From the NCBI RefSeq assembly GCF_009914755.1, contig NC_060936.1: a DNA stretch of 64,000 nucleotides; one strand, given 5' to 3'. This document shows positions 25,635 to 37,770 of this stretch, piece after piece (the stretch's first letter is position 1; each line of letters begins with the position of its first letter). A program made the translations under genes and the position numbers. The notes beneath the pieces are model-generated. The model was not told where the DNA came from. It did no database searches and saw only the letters and a program-made list of their open reading frames with translations. This stretch comes from the human T2T-CHM13v2.0 reference genome, Homo sapiens.

Positions 25635-26049
25635 TTATTTTGATCACCTTTTTCTATTGTTGGTTCTTTGGCTAAACCATTCATACACTAACCACTTACT
25701 GAGTGCCTACCATAGGTCAGTCCGTGTTCTAGGTGTATATAGTGGACCCTGATCTCACCAACCTCCTGTTTTGTGCATTCCTAGGTCTTCAACTCATTGA
25801 AAACTGCAGCCTGAGACAAGCATCCTAGGAGCTGCTCTTCCACCAGGAGCTAGTCCAGCTCTGATGATTGAATTAGATTAAATTGCACTGAGAAGAATTG
25901 CACTGAGTTGCCCTGAGATAGAAATGGGAAATGAAAGTGCAGGTGGGGACTAGGATACTGTGAAGACATACTCTGACTTCCAGAATCCCGCTAAGCTCAC
26001 AGCCAGGCACATTGTAGGCATATTGCAAGATGCTCAGAAAATGTGTGTC

Positions 26050-26900
26050 AGATGGAAGGGAATGGGAGCGCAGAAGTTCAGCATGGCCATGCTCATTCAC
26101 ATTTATTCCCAAGTCTGGCTCAGGTTTGGATGGGGGAGAGGTAGAGCCTGTTTTTATTTGCTGTCGGTTTGGTTTGATTTTCACTGTATCAACTTCCCTG
26201 GAAGGGAAGGGGCCCCTCAGGTGAATGGCGAGGAACCCCAGATCAGGCCTGGCTTATATTCTCATAACTTTCTCATATTACTGGCTCTGGATACTGCTGC
26301 ACAGGCCGCCTCATTGTGTAAAAGTCCCCCAAGAATCCTGGTGCACCCTCCGACCATCCTAACTCCCCACAAGATGACCGCCTTCCCAAGCATAACAGCC
26401 AGGAATTCCCCGACGTGAGTGACCCCAAGCACATAAAAGGTGCACAAAGGCAAAAAAATAATAGCTTTCCTTTATTTCACACACCGCCCGCAACGCAACG
26501 CCATAAAGCATTTGATTTAGGATATTAAATGCCGCTGGTGATGAGAACGTCATGTAAGATTTGCTTTGCGACTTCTTTCTTCTCAAACTGTCATTAAAAA
26601 TGATTTATAGGTGAACCCAAGTCTGAGAAACAACATGATTAGAATCAAGGGTTTGGGAAGGGGATGGTGTGGGGATCAGATTTCCAGGGCAGCCCCACTA
26701 TCCAGTCTCAGAGACGGAAAAGGCTGAGTGTGAGACCCAACCGCTAACGATTTCAAAGGTAAGTGCACATGCACGGAAGGAACACGTGTTCCTTGCTGAG
26801 ATGAAAACAATGAGGCCTTGTCGGACATTTAAACTGCTGGTTTCAAAAGGTGGATTCTGGAGGAGGGCCGGGCTGGAGAACGCTTCTTCTGCAGTAGCTG
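26050..26900. promoter_or_regulatory. Candidate enhancer/promoter island
   Basis: Apparently repeat-free, locally CpG-retaining, MEIS plus PBX-HOX composite at 26588-26608. Confidence 0.4.
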
Positions 26901-26989
26901 ACTTTGTCCAGTAGCAGTCTGGCTGCTTTCAAACTAGACTGGAAATCAGGGGTGTTGTCGGACTTTACAATAATAAAAATGTAAAGGTC

Positions 26990-27500
26990 CAGTCCCATGC
27001 TTTACCTTTATTATTTGCCTGACACTTGGGACAGCAACCCTAGGTGTCCAATATTTAATATTATTGGTAACATTCCTGTTTTACAGATGAGGAAACTGAG
27101 ACTCAGAGAAGTACAGTGTTTTGCTCACTGTCATACAACTAGAGTGAGGGGTGGAGCCAGCCAGGATTTGAACCCAGGCAGCTGAGCATCAGCGCCCACA
27201 GGTTTAAACCCATTCTTCTCCATTGAGTCCCAGCTTCTGACTAAAAGTCACTCTAATTGCTCCTCTGCTTCATCTTGCCCATATCTGTCCCCTTAAGAAA
27301 ATTGCCATTCATTAAGAACCCACTGTAGGCCAGATATTCTGCAGAACGCTTGCTATGTTATACTTAATCCTCATCTATTACCCTGCAAGACTGAAGATGT
27401 ATTTTGCTCACTCAACAGAAAATTGAGGTCTAAGGTCACACTGCCAGTAGGCAGGGAATGGAACCAAGTTGGCCGGATTCTAAAACAAATCTGCTCATAG
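26990..27500 (-). mobile_element. Two MIR elements
   Basis: TTTTACAGATGAGGAAACTGAGACTCAGAGA; TTAATCCTCA..AAGGTCACAC. Confidence 0.8.
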
Positions 27501-27662
27501 TAAAACCATACTATGCAAAACCACACACAAGCACCTTTTTTTGGGGTCTGAGAGTAAGTGTGACCCTCTGGATTGGAGGCTCCTGGACTCATAAAAGGAT
27601 CTAGACTTTAGGGCAGGCTGGAGGTTGCTGGAGACTCTGGGGCCTGACCTAAATGTTTAGGT

Positions 27663-28931
27663 CTGACCTAAATGTAAGACCAGAACCTGTAAAACTAACT
27701 AGAAGAGAAAATAGGCAAAAAGCTCCTCAACATTGGTCTTGGGAATGATTTTTTGAATATCACAACAAAAGTTAAGTCTACAAAAGCAAAAATAACTAAA
27801 TGGGACTACATCAAACTGAAAATCTTGTGCATCACAAACAGAACAAGCCAAAAAAAAAAGACAACTGGGAAAAATACTTGCAAGGCACATATTTGATAAG
27901 GGGTAAATATTCAAAATTTATAAAGAATGCGCTTACAACTCAACAGCAGAAAAACAAATAACCCAATTAAAAAGTTGACAGAGGACCTAAACAGACATTT
28001 CTCCAAAGGAGACAGAAAAACGTCCAACAAGTATATGAAAAAGTGCTCGACATCACGAATCGTAAGGGAAATGCAAATGAAAACCACTACGAGATACGAC
28101 CTCTTCACACTTGTAAGGATAGCTTTAGAGACAAGAGATAACAAATGTTGACGATAGTGTAGAGAAAAATGAACTCAGCACATTGTCAGTGGGAAGGTAG
28201 ATTGGTAGAGCCATTATGGAAAACAGTGTGGAAGTTCCTAAAGAAATTCAATAGAACTATCATATACCCAGAAAACCCTCTTCTGGGCATATACCCAAAA
28301 GAAATGAAATCACCACCTTGTAAAGATATCTGCACTCCCATGTTCATTGCAGAATTATTCACAATAGCCAAGATATGGAAAAGACATACATGCCCATCAA
28401 TGAACAAATGGATAAAGGAAATGTGATAAACATTTATAGCCAATGAAATACTATTCAGCCTTTAAAAGAAAGGAGATCCTGCCATTTGCCACAACATGGA
28501 TGAAACTGGAGAAAATTATGTTAAGTGGAAAAAGCCAAGCAGAGAAAGAAAAATATTACATGATCTCACTTATTGTGGGATATAAAAGAAAGAGCTCAAA
28601 TACAGAGAAAGAATGAAACAATGGTTACTGGGGTGGGGTCAGGAGGAAAGAGGGAGATGTAGGTCAAAAGATTCAAAATAGTAGGCACATAGAATGAATA
28701 AGTCTAGAAATCCAACGTACAACATGAGGACAAAGTTAATAAAATTATATTCTGTTCATGATTTGTGTTCAGTAAGTAGGTTTTAGATGCTCTCATCACA
28801 AAAATGTAACTATGTGAGATGGTAGATATGCAAATCTGCTTCACTACTGTAATCATTTTACTATCTATGTGAATCCCCCAATAACATATTACAAATCTCA
28901 AATATACAAAACAATAATTGTTTTAAAAAAA
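27663..28931 (+). mobile_element. 5'-truncated L1 (L1MA10/L1MB1-like): decayed ORF2 C-terminus plus 3' UTR
   Basis: Broken ORF translations [22 protein letters not shown] and [27 protein letters not shown] match the L1 ORF2p C-terminus; L1M-type 3' UTR and A tail. Confidence 0.92.
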
Positions 28932-28999
28932 GACTAATCTGAATTCACGACAGTCTTCATCCCATGCTTTCTAGTCTTATGTAGTGATGTTTACCTTTC

Positions 29000-29130
29000 C
29001 TTTGAATTGAAAGTGATAGAGAGGCAGGAACGAGTCTGTCTTGTTCCCTGCTGCATCTCCAGAACCCAACATGCAGACATATTGCATGTCCTGGAAAATG
29101 TTTGTTGAATGAGCGGAAAAGATAGGAATG
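29000..29130 (+). mobile_element. L2 3' end
   Basis: GAGGCAGGA..GTCTTGTTCCCTGCTGCATCTCCAG..AATGTTTGTTGAATGA. Confidence 0.7.
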
Positions 29131-29245
29131 ATGAAAGAAGAAAACGGTAGAAAAAACAGGAAAGAGAAAAAGAGGAGAAAAACGATTCATTTGAGATTGC
29201 AAATGGGAGAATCTAGCCATAGACTTGTTTTGTGTGTAGTGTTTT

Positions 29246-29670
29246 TGTCAGTCATGATAAGCTAGATTACGCTGCAGTAACAAACAGCTCCTAAATTTTA
29301 GAAGCATAAATAGAAAACATTTATTTATTGCTCATGCTACATGTTCATTATGTTCCTGCTGGTGAAGTCAGTGGGGTTACATTGTTTATTTGTTATTATA
29401 ATAACTCAAGATCCTAGCTGGAGGCCTTATCTCTATATGTGTTTCCATAGTGAATAAGGCAATGGGAAGAGTCTGGGTGGATGGTGCAATGGTTTTTATA
29501 GTTTCCACCTGGAAGTGATGAGTGTCACTTCTGCTGACATCTTACTGACCAAAGCAAGACCCGTGGTCATGCTTAACTTCAAGGGGACAGGGAAAGTGTG
29601 ATTCTATCTTGCTCCTTGGCAGGGTCAGTTCTGGAATTACTCAGTAAATAGCACCAGTGAAAACCACAGC
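29246..29670 (-). mobile_element. MLT1K-like MaLR LTR
   Basis: GCTAGATTACGCTGCAGTAACAAACA..CCTGGAAGTGATGAGTGTCACTTCTGCT. Confidence 0.7.
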
Positions 29671-30441
29671 GTTTAAATATTCTTTAATTAGTTGCCAATA
29701 CTTAATGACTAAATATTCTGTGTAAATATAGATGTCTGGCTTCTCTGCACAGAATTGGGAGATCTGGCAACATGAACCCATTGGCGCCAAGCAGGGGTTG
29801 CCTTTCAGAAGAAGCGTGCACTCTCAAGTTCACTGCTGGCCCCACCTGGCCCACTTCACTCATTTTGGTTTGGTGCCTGGCTCCTAAGAGCATTTGGTGT
29901 GCAGAGTCCTGGTTTAGAAGGATGAAAGGAGCCACTCTGTGTTGGCTCAGGCATTTTGTTCCCAACACCAGATGCACTTGTAATCTATTCCCATCCCAGA
30001 GATGAGTAATGCATGCCGTAGAAGTGCCTTGTGCAGACCTGGGATCAGGCGTGCTGGCTGGAGCACTCAGGCTTGTTGGCAACAGTGGGATTGTGTAAGC
30101 CCACTTAGGGAGTATTTAAGGGATTCACGGTGTGGGGGAGGGAGTGTGAGTGTGTAGGAGGAATAGCAGAGCCCATGCCCCTGGTGAGGGATGCCCAGGC
30201 TGATGGGGGTGAAGGCCGGCAGCTGCATCTCCTGGGAAGTCTCTTATTCCATTTGAACTTGCACTGCCCACACAATTCCTCTGGAATCTCAGCATCTCTG
30301 TCTGGAGGAGGCATGGGAACCCGCCTATGCCACCAGCAGCTTGGGTTAAGATGATGGTTTGTTCTCAGTTGTGACCTAAGCCCAACAAGGTGTGGAAGGA
30401 CTATGATGAGAAGGTGTAAGGTTGTACTCACTAAAACCAAG

Positions 30442-30822
30442 TGTTTCAGTCAGGTTAGGTTAGATTCTGTCGCAGTAACAAACAATCCCAGAATTTCTGT
30501 GACTTTAAACATCTAGAGGTTATTCTCACTCACTGTTTTCACTCACTCTACACACCAATCTTGAGTCAGCAGGGCGACTCTACTCAGATACCAAGGAGAA
30601 TGGATCAGCCAACATCTTAAGTAATCAGTCTCCATTCTAGAGCAAGAGAGCTCAGCAGGGTGTCACATTGGTCCTCCAATACTCTCACCCAGAGGTGACA
30701 CATCCCTTACACTCCAACTCGTTGTGTGAAACTAATTGTATGCAGCTCTTGAGCATCAGGGGGTCAGGAATTTCAGAGAAGCAGAAATATTTGGTCAACA
30801 GAATTAGTGAATGACTGCCATA
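30442..30822 (-). mobile_element. MLT1K/L-like MaLR LTR
   Basis: GGTTAGATTCTGTCGCAGTAACAAACAATCCC..AGAAATATTTGGT..ATGACTGCCA. Confidence 0.65.
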
Positions 30823-30877
30823 TTGAAAGAGGAATCCACTGGTTTTATCAACAGAATTCTGTAAATATAAAGATTCT

Positions 30878-31212
<335 letters not shown>

Positions 31213-31259
31213 CTATTAGACATGGACTTCATTGTCATCAGTAATTCAAAGCACCAATC

Positions 31260-31700
31260 TTCAAGGTTCATGGCCTTGGTACTTGCCATACCTTTTGACC
31301 AGGACACCATTTCTTCTGCTCTCTGGTTTGCTTCTTCTCAGCTCAACTACCATTGCCGTGCACAGGTCTTCCCTGACCACCTGCTCTATCTAATATCATC
31401 CTCCCCATTCCCCAGTCATTCTATAATATGCCATTTTTGAAAATTCTTCTTCCTTTTATCACTGTCTAGAATAATCTTTTATTTTAAAGATTCTATGTGT
31501 ATGTGCTTGTATTTATTTATTTATTGTCCTTATTCAGCCTCCCACTTCAGAATGCCAACACCATCTGAGCAGGCACCATTGATCACCTGCATAGCTATAT
31601 TCACACCATCTTGGACAGCGATAGTACATAGTAGGTGTTCAACAGATTTGGATGAAGTATACATGAAATAAATATATGCTCAGCAAATATTCATGAATGA
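31260..31700 (+). mobile_element. L2a 3' fragment
   Basis: GGCCTTGGTACTTGC, GGTCTTCCCTGACCACC, TACATAGTAGGTGTTCAA. Confidence 0.7.
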
Positions 31701-31719
31701 ACATATCCATGATACAACC

Positions 31720-31935
31720 GGTTTAATGAGTACTGTGTGCAGCTGGTTCTCCTACTTTTTAACCCTCCTATATCCACTTTACTAGGTAGGCACTAGGATC
31801 AGTCCCATTTTGCAGAGGGGAAACCTGAAGCTCAAAGAGGTGAAATGAATTAGCTGAAGCCAGAACTAGGAAATGGCAGAGTCAATATTTAAGTCAGAGT
31901 TTGCCAAAGCATATGCCATTTCTGCTGGGCTACAC
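31720..31935 (-). mobile_element. MIR
   Basis: CCCATTTTGCAGAGGGGAAACCTGAAGCTCAAAGAGGTGAA. Confidence 0.75.
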
Positions 31936-32060
31936 TGGCCCTCAAAGAGCAGCTATTGATGAGGCCTCCTGAGTGCAAGATGTGGGGCCAAGTGCTAAGG
32001 GGAGAGGATAAGGGCATATTCATGGTCCTTGTCTTCTCCACAGAATCTCACTTTACTCAT

Positions 32061-32451
32061 TGATACGGTTTGGCTCTGTGTCCCCACCACTCAAATCTCA
32101 TCTTGAATTGTAATCCCCACATGTTGGAGGAGGGGCCTGGCGGGAGGTGACTGAATCATGGGGGCAGACTTCCCCCTTGCTGTTCTCGTGATAGTGAGTG
32201 AGTTCCCATGAGATCTGATGGTTTAAAAATGTGTGGAGCTTCCTTCTTTGCACTCTCTTTCTCTCCTGCTCAGCCATGGTAAGACATGCTTGCTCCCCCT
32301 TTGCCTTCTGCCACGATTGTAAGTTTCCTGAGGCCTCCCATCCATGCTTCCTGTTAAGCCTGCAGAACTGTGAGTCCATTAAACCTCTCTTCTTCATAAA
32401 TTACCCAGTCTCAGGTAGCTCTTTATAGCAATGTGAGAACAAACTAATACA
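32061..32451 (+). mobile_element. MSTA-like MaLR solo LTR
   Basis: TGATACGGTTTGGCTCTGTGTCCCCAC...ATTGTAAGTTTCCTGAGGCCTCCC...AACTAATACA. Confidence 0.9.
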
Positions 32452-32502
32452 TTAGCCTAGGATTTCAATGATTCCATTTATTTAATATTTGATTTACAAG
32501 TT

Positions 32503-32920
32503 GAAGTGAGTTGAATGGTGGTTCCTGAAAACAAGATGTGTCTATAGCCTAGCCTTGAGAAAGCATTTGGGAAAAGGGTCTTTGCAGATGTAATTAAGTT
32601 AAGGATCTCAAGATTAGATTATCCTGGATACCTCAGGTGGGCCCTAAATCCAATGACAAGTGTCCTTATAAGAGACAGAAGACACAGACAAAGAGGAGAA
32701 AAAGACATGACAATGGAGGCAGAAATTAGACTTATGTACCCATAAACCAAGGAATGCCTGTAGCCATCAGAAGCTAGAAGAGGCAAAAATGATTCTATTT
32801 GCTGCAACACCTTGATTTTTAGACTTCTGGCCTCCAGACTCTGAGAGATTACATTTCTGCTGTTTTAAGCCACCAAGTTTATGGCAATTTTTTTACAGAA
32901 GCCACAGGAAATTAATTACA
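32503..32920 (+). mobile_element. MLT1C/B-like MaLR solo LTR
   Basis: AGGGTCTTTGCAGATGTAATTAAGTTAAGGATCT, GGGCCCTAAATCCAATGAC, GACTTCTGGCCTCCAGA. Confidence 0.85.
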
Positions 32921-33169
32921 GGTTCATAGCCAGGGAATTTTTAAAATGTGTATTTTGGACCTAGGATTGGGTGCCCCTGCCCCTTGCCCACCTCCTTAGA
33001 TGTCCCTGTTTCATGCTCACTCAAGTCTGACTTCATATGCCTCCATACAAGGCCAGAACCTAATAACGACCTTGGTATCTCCTTACCTCAAAGCCTTTTC
33101 TAACCCTCCCTGATGGTTTATACACACTCCCTCCCAAGTGCCTGTGCTGTCTTTGAGGTCTGGCTCTGA

Positions 33170-33375
33170 GTGGCAGTACAAGATACAAGTGAAGTGCAAG
33201 GGGCTCTGTAAATGGAAGTTGCTTTACATCCCAGCTCTGCCACTGAGTCTTGCTTTCCTTTTCTGTAGAAATGGCATATTAGCAACTTCATAGGATAGAG
33301 ATGAGGCTTAAATGGGAAAGTATATTTTAAACTCTAAGTAAAATGCTGGTACTCAATACATGCTAGTAATATTGG
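33170..33375 (+). mobile_element. MIR
   Basis: ATCCCAGCTCTGCCACT..TTTCCTTTTCTGTAGAAATGG. Confidence 0.65.
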
Positions 33376-33699
33376 CAAAATGGAACCAATTTGAGAAATA
33401 TAATTATTGAAAAGCTACATTAACTCATCTAGCTCAATTTAGTTTAATAAACTCTGTTGTGATGCTGTGGGAATGCACAGCTGGGTGGGATAGAGTGTGT
33501 GCTCTGGAAGAAATGGCTAAGGAGTTCATCATAAAATGCAGTTATGCTGCATTTTAATCCAGTTATGCTGGGTTAACCAGTACTGCCAAATGAAGGGTAA
33601 GGGCCTTGCCAAAATACTAAAATGGCCTGTTTTGTGGGAGGGATGAGGTGGGGGAGAATCTGCATTAAAGTCCAGTTCAGGAAAAAAAGAAAGGGCCAC

Positions 33700-34800
33700 A
33701 TCTTAGACCAAGCCCCATAAGAAGCATATAGAGAGTAAAAGTACTTCCATATTTCCGTTCAACAAACCGGATGGTAAGAAATGTAAAATCAAACCTATTA
33801 CAAAAAGACAGAAGAAAAACATTTAAATGGCTGTTTTCATCTACGTGCAGCATGACATTGATGAAAATGTGAATTACAGTTGCTAAAAGGAGGATCTTTC
33901 ACCAAGAGATGTCTTTGGTTACACGGTTCAACATCTTATTTTGGTCCAACACTAAAAGAAAGTCCATGTGACATGTCATCGTCTTGATCAGTCTTTGAAA
34001 ATTAATGCCTGAACCAAAGGCTGTCAAAAGGCCCTCCTTTTCTTTTGGCCTTTAAAAGAAATATATTAATTTGCACATCACGTCATTTCTCAGCATTCCG
34101 GCTGCCATCTACCATTCTCCATTGGAAAAATAATTCTCTAGAATGCCCACAAGTGTGAGCGTCACTGTCATTTCTTGTTGATTTTTTTTTTGTCCCCGGC
34201 GGTTCATGTCCTGGATGTGTAATATGAATTTAGTGCCTTCTTATTAATAAAACCAGACGTCAACATGTGGCAGCTTCAATTCCAACCATCCTTCTGCACT
34301 ACTCAAAGATGCCTTCCACTCTCCCGACTGGTTCTCAAGTGACCCTAAACCTAATTAACCTGAATTCCATCTCTCATCTCCCCAGGGAAAGGAGAAGCAT
34401 GCCAGCCCTTCATCTTCCCCATTCCTCTTCCTCTCCACAAACTGGGACAAACTCTCTAGAGAAATCCTTTTCTTGTCCCAGGCACTGCAATCACCGGTTT
34501 CCTCAGAGTTCTGCCTGAAATGATGGGGTGTGTTTTTCATTTGAAAAGAGTCCACATCTGGGACTCACTTAACTTGATTTGGGAAGTCCTGTGTTTCTGA
34601 TCCAAAAAAACAAAACAAAAAAAATTGCGAAAATAAGCCTGCATTTTTTTTTCTTCCAGTGTGGATTGATTTACTTCCGTTATACTTAGCTTGCAAGGAA
34701 AAAAGAAGAAGAGAGAGAGAACAATGAACAGTGAATCGACTTGGCTTCATGACCACCTTCCCTTGTTGGGTAACTAGGCCTTACATATGCGGACTGATTG
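33700..34800. promoter_or_regulatory. Candidate conserved non-coding element/enhancer
   Basis: About 1.1 kb apparently repeat-free, several TGACA/TGTCA sites, TGATTTAC, TCACGTCA, retained CpGs. Confidence 0.45.
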
Positions 34801-35233
34801 AATTATTCCACTTCCACAGAGAGAGAGAAAGCAAGGACGAAATCTTCCTCCTGATTGCTGTCCCTTTGGGTTTCCTGCCCAGGAAAAATGGTGCAGGATG
34901 AAGGAGCAGCTATTAGAAACCACAAAGAAGCAAAACTAACTCATATATTTGGATTCAATCTTGGCTGGCTTGAATTACTAAGCTAAATAGTTGGAGCTTT
35001 ATTCTGTAGTACTGGAGGCCCTTAAAGATATTTGGGTATAGAAAATATGCAGTGAATTCTAACCTCCAAACTCTACTGTTTACTGGGATATCTAAGTGAT
35101 GGACCCAATATTAGAAAATCCAAGCATAAAAATTGGATATATGTGCATAATCTGGGGTGATGTGTAGAGATGATTATTTATATTATTAAACATTCATTTT
35201 TCCACATGAATACGCTATAATTCTTTTTTAAAA

Positions 35234-35520
35234 ATAGCTAAACCCTCCACTTAAAACTTTAACCAATTTACAAAGAAATGAGTAATACATATTTTTATTA
35301 TAGTTTTTTATAGCTAAACCTTCCACTTAATATTTTCTCTAATTAACAAAAAAGTTATATTCTTTTACTACAGTTTGTAGTAAAGCACTCTACTTAAAAT
35401 TATATCGAATTTTCCAAAAATGAGTGATATATTTGTTTAATAAAAGTTTTCTAAATAGCTAAACCCTCTACTTAAAATTTTTATTAAATTTAAAAAAAAT
35501 CAAGTGATGCATCTTTTTTC
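35234..35520. repeat. Degenerate AT-rich tandem repeat, four copies of 67-78 bp
   Basis: ATAGCTAAACCCTC[C/T]ACTTAA-like unit starts at 35234, 35310, 35377 and 35455. Confidence 0.8.
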
Positions 35521-35814
35521 AAAATAAATTTGCCTAAATGTGGATGCATCTTTGAGTTACAGAAGTTGAATCTAACCTTTAATTAGAATTAGAAAAAAAA
35601 AAAAAAACCTGGGGAAATACCTTGTGTGTGAGAAAACACGCACACACACACTTTTGGATATAATCTGCGTGAATTGTGTATGTCAAAGTCTCTACACCCC
35701 AGAAAATCATAGCTTTGGATATGAAGCTTACATATCGCTATTGCACATATATTTCTATTGCACACAATAATTGTTTACATTTTTTATTATTATACAACAG
35801 AGAGGGTGGAGATA

Positions 35815-36570
35815 GGAGGGCTGGAGATTGCAACATTAGCCAAATCTGAATTCAAAACACATTTTCACCAGTTACTAGCTCTGCCATCTTGGGAAAATTA
35901 TGTAATATCATACATAATAATAGTGTCTACTTTGTTGGGCCTTTTCCAGGATTAAATGAGTGAAGGTAATACCTGGTGCTTGATACGTTTTATAATTTAT
36001 TATTTCAGGATCAAGATTATAATTAAATATGAGGAAATAAAATATTATAATGAAATAATGTATTTAAGCATTTAATACAATTCCTGGAACCCAATGAATA
36101 TTCAACAACTTTTTAGGGCCCTAGCCAAAGAAACAATCAACCCAGTCATTCTTAAGTACATTGAATGAAAAACAAGGGTTACATCAGCTGAACAAACCTA
36201 TAATCAGGACAGAAAACAGCAGAGTTTAAGCCCCTTCACCAAGGGAACTGAATTTTACTTTTGTGGCAGAACCTAAATTTCAAACTGAGTTAGATTGGCT
36301 TTGGGAAGAAAATCAAGCAGTTGTCTTGACATGAGGATTCTTCAACTGCCTCCAGTAGTGCTTTCAGCTAACACTGTTAAGTGCTCAATGTACGTCAGGC
36401 ATTGCTCTAAACTCGTGACGTATGTTAATATTTAATGCTCACAAAAGCCCTATGAGGCTGATATTGTTATTAGCCCCATTTTACAGTTGAGAGCTCTGAG
36501 TCACAAAACAATTCATGTTGCCTAGTTAGCAGCAAAGCTGGGATAAACCCAGGTGCCTGCTCTTTATCAT
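35815..36570. mobile_element. MIR fragments (+ at 35815-36110, - at 36365-36570)
   Basis: CAGTTACTAGCTCTG..GGATTAAATGAG; CCCTATGAGG..TTAGCCCCATTTTACAG. Confidence 0.7.
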
Positions 36571-36782
36571 TACCTTTACTTCCTTTCATGTATCTATCTG
36601 CTCTGTGATATATTCTGGCAAAAGAAAGACCTTTATTCTACAGATAAAAGATGCAGATGCTGTAAAATTTGCATTCTAGGCAATTTATAGGGTGGTAAGA
36701 GAGATGAGAATGCAGCCTTGGAAGCCATTATGGTTGGTTGAAAGCACTTTGAAAAGCTGTTGCCCCACACCTGTCTGGTCGA

Positions 36783-36908
36783 CCAATAGGAATGCTCCGT
36801 CCAGAATGGTGGCTACAATGCCCAATAGGAGAGATTCATACTGAATGACATCAAACTGGCCCAATAGGAAGGGTTTATATTGAATGGTATCAAATCAGTC
36901 CAATAGGA
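36783..36908 (+). repeat. Diverged 39-bp tandem array, each unit starting with an invariant CCAATAGGA
   Basis: CCAATAGGA at 36783, 36822, 36861 and 36900; GAATG at the same offset in units 1-3. Confidence 0.9.
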
Positions 36909-36973
36909 GTGCTGCCTATGAAACCGGGAAAGGCAATCCAATCCAGTTCTCCCTTTTAGAATTTGATTACTGA

Positions 36974-37284
36974 GGCCAGATGCGGTGGCTCACACCTTTA
37001 ATCCCAGCACTTTGCCAGGCCAGGGTGGGCAGATCACTTGAGGTCGGGAGTTCAAGACCAGCCTGACCAACATGGCGAAAACCCGTTTCTACTAAAAATA
37101 CAAAAATCAGCCAGCATGGTGGTATGCGCCTGTGTCTTTAACCCAGCTACTCCGGAGGCTGAGATAGGAGAGTCCCAGGAGGCAGAGGTTGCAGTGAGCT
37201 GAGATCGCGCCACTGCACCCCAGCTTGAGCGACAGAGTAAGACTCTGTCTCAAAAACAAACAAACAAACAAAAAAAACAACCAC
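36974..37284 (+). mobile_element. AluS-type SINE
   Basis: TSD TTGATTACTGA at 36963-36973 and 37285-37295; (AAAC)n tail. Confidence 0.93.
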
Positions 37285-37379
37285 TTGATTACTGAATCCT
37301 AGATGTGTAAAAGGAAGGGTGCTTACTTGAGCTTAAATCGTTGTTGATAAAGACGCCGAGTTCCTGTTTCACCTCTCAG

Positions 37380-37770
37380 TTTGATTATTCAATAAATGTT
37401 GACTGGGGCCGCTATCTGGCCATTCACAAGGCCGGGGCTAGGCACAGGGAGGTGGGGATCAGTGAGCAAGACTGGGTTCCCACCCTCAGGGAGTTTGTAG
37501 TCTAATGGGAAAGACGTAAATTACAACCTTTTCAATTATGTAATTAGGTTTTGGACAAGTGCATTTGAGGAAGTCATCTTAGGTTGGCATGAAGTATAAA
37601 TACTTAGAGGTGATATTCAAGATAGTTAACAATCAGAACAGTCTACCTACCAACAATTAGGACTGATGTGGGGCTTAAACAATTTACACACTGGTTGAAG
37701 GTGAGCTCCTTTTGGGTGGGACCAGGCAGGAGAGGATGGTGATGGTTTTCCTGAGGAATTGAGTTTACTT
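37380..37770 (-). mobile_element. L2 fragment, with a small hAT-like MITE at about 37607-37710
   Basis: ATTCAATAAATGTTGA..CCCACCCTCAGGGAGTTTGTAGTCTAATGGG; MITE begins GAGGTGATATTCAA. Confidence 0.55.

Noticed and set aside
25960-26418. 152-aa ORF in a unique island
   Set aside because: Non-ATG start and no recognisable homology; the region reads better as regulatory DNA
27699-28443. ORFs resembling a reverse-transcriptase protein C-terminus
   Set aside because: Frameshifted, stop-interrupted L1 ORF2 remnant, not a gene
36783-36908. CRISPR-like pattern (constant repeat plus variable spacer)
   Set aside because: Primate DNA, the invariant part is only 9 bp, the spacers are related to each other, and there are no cas genes
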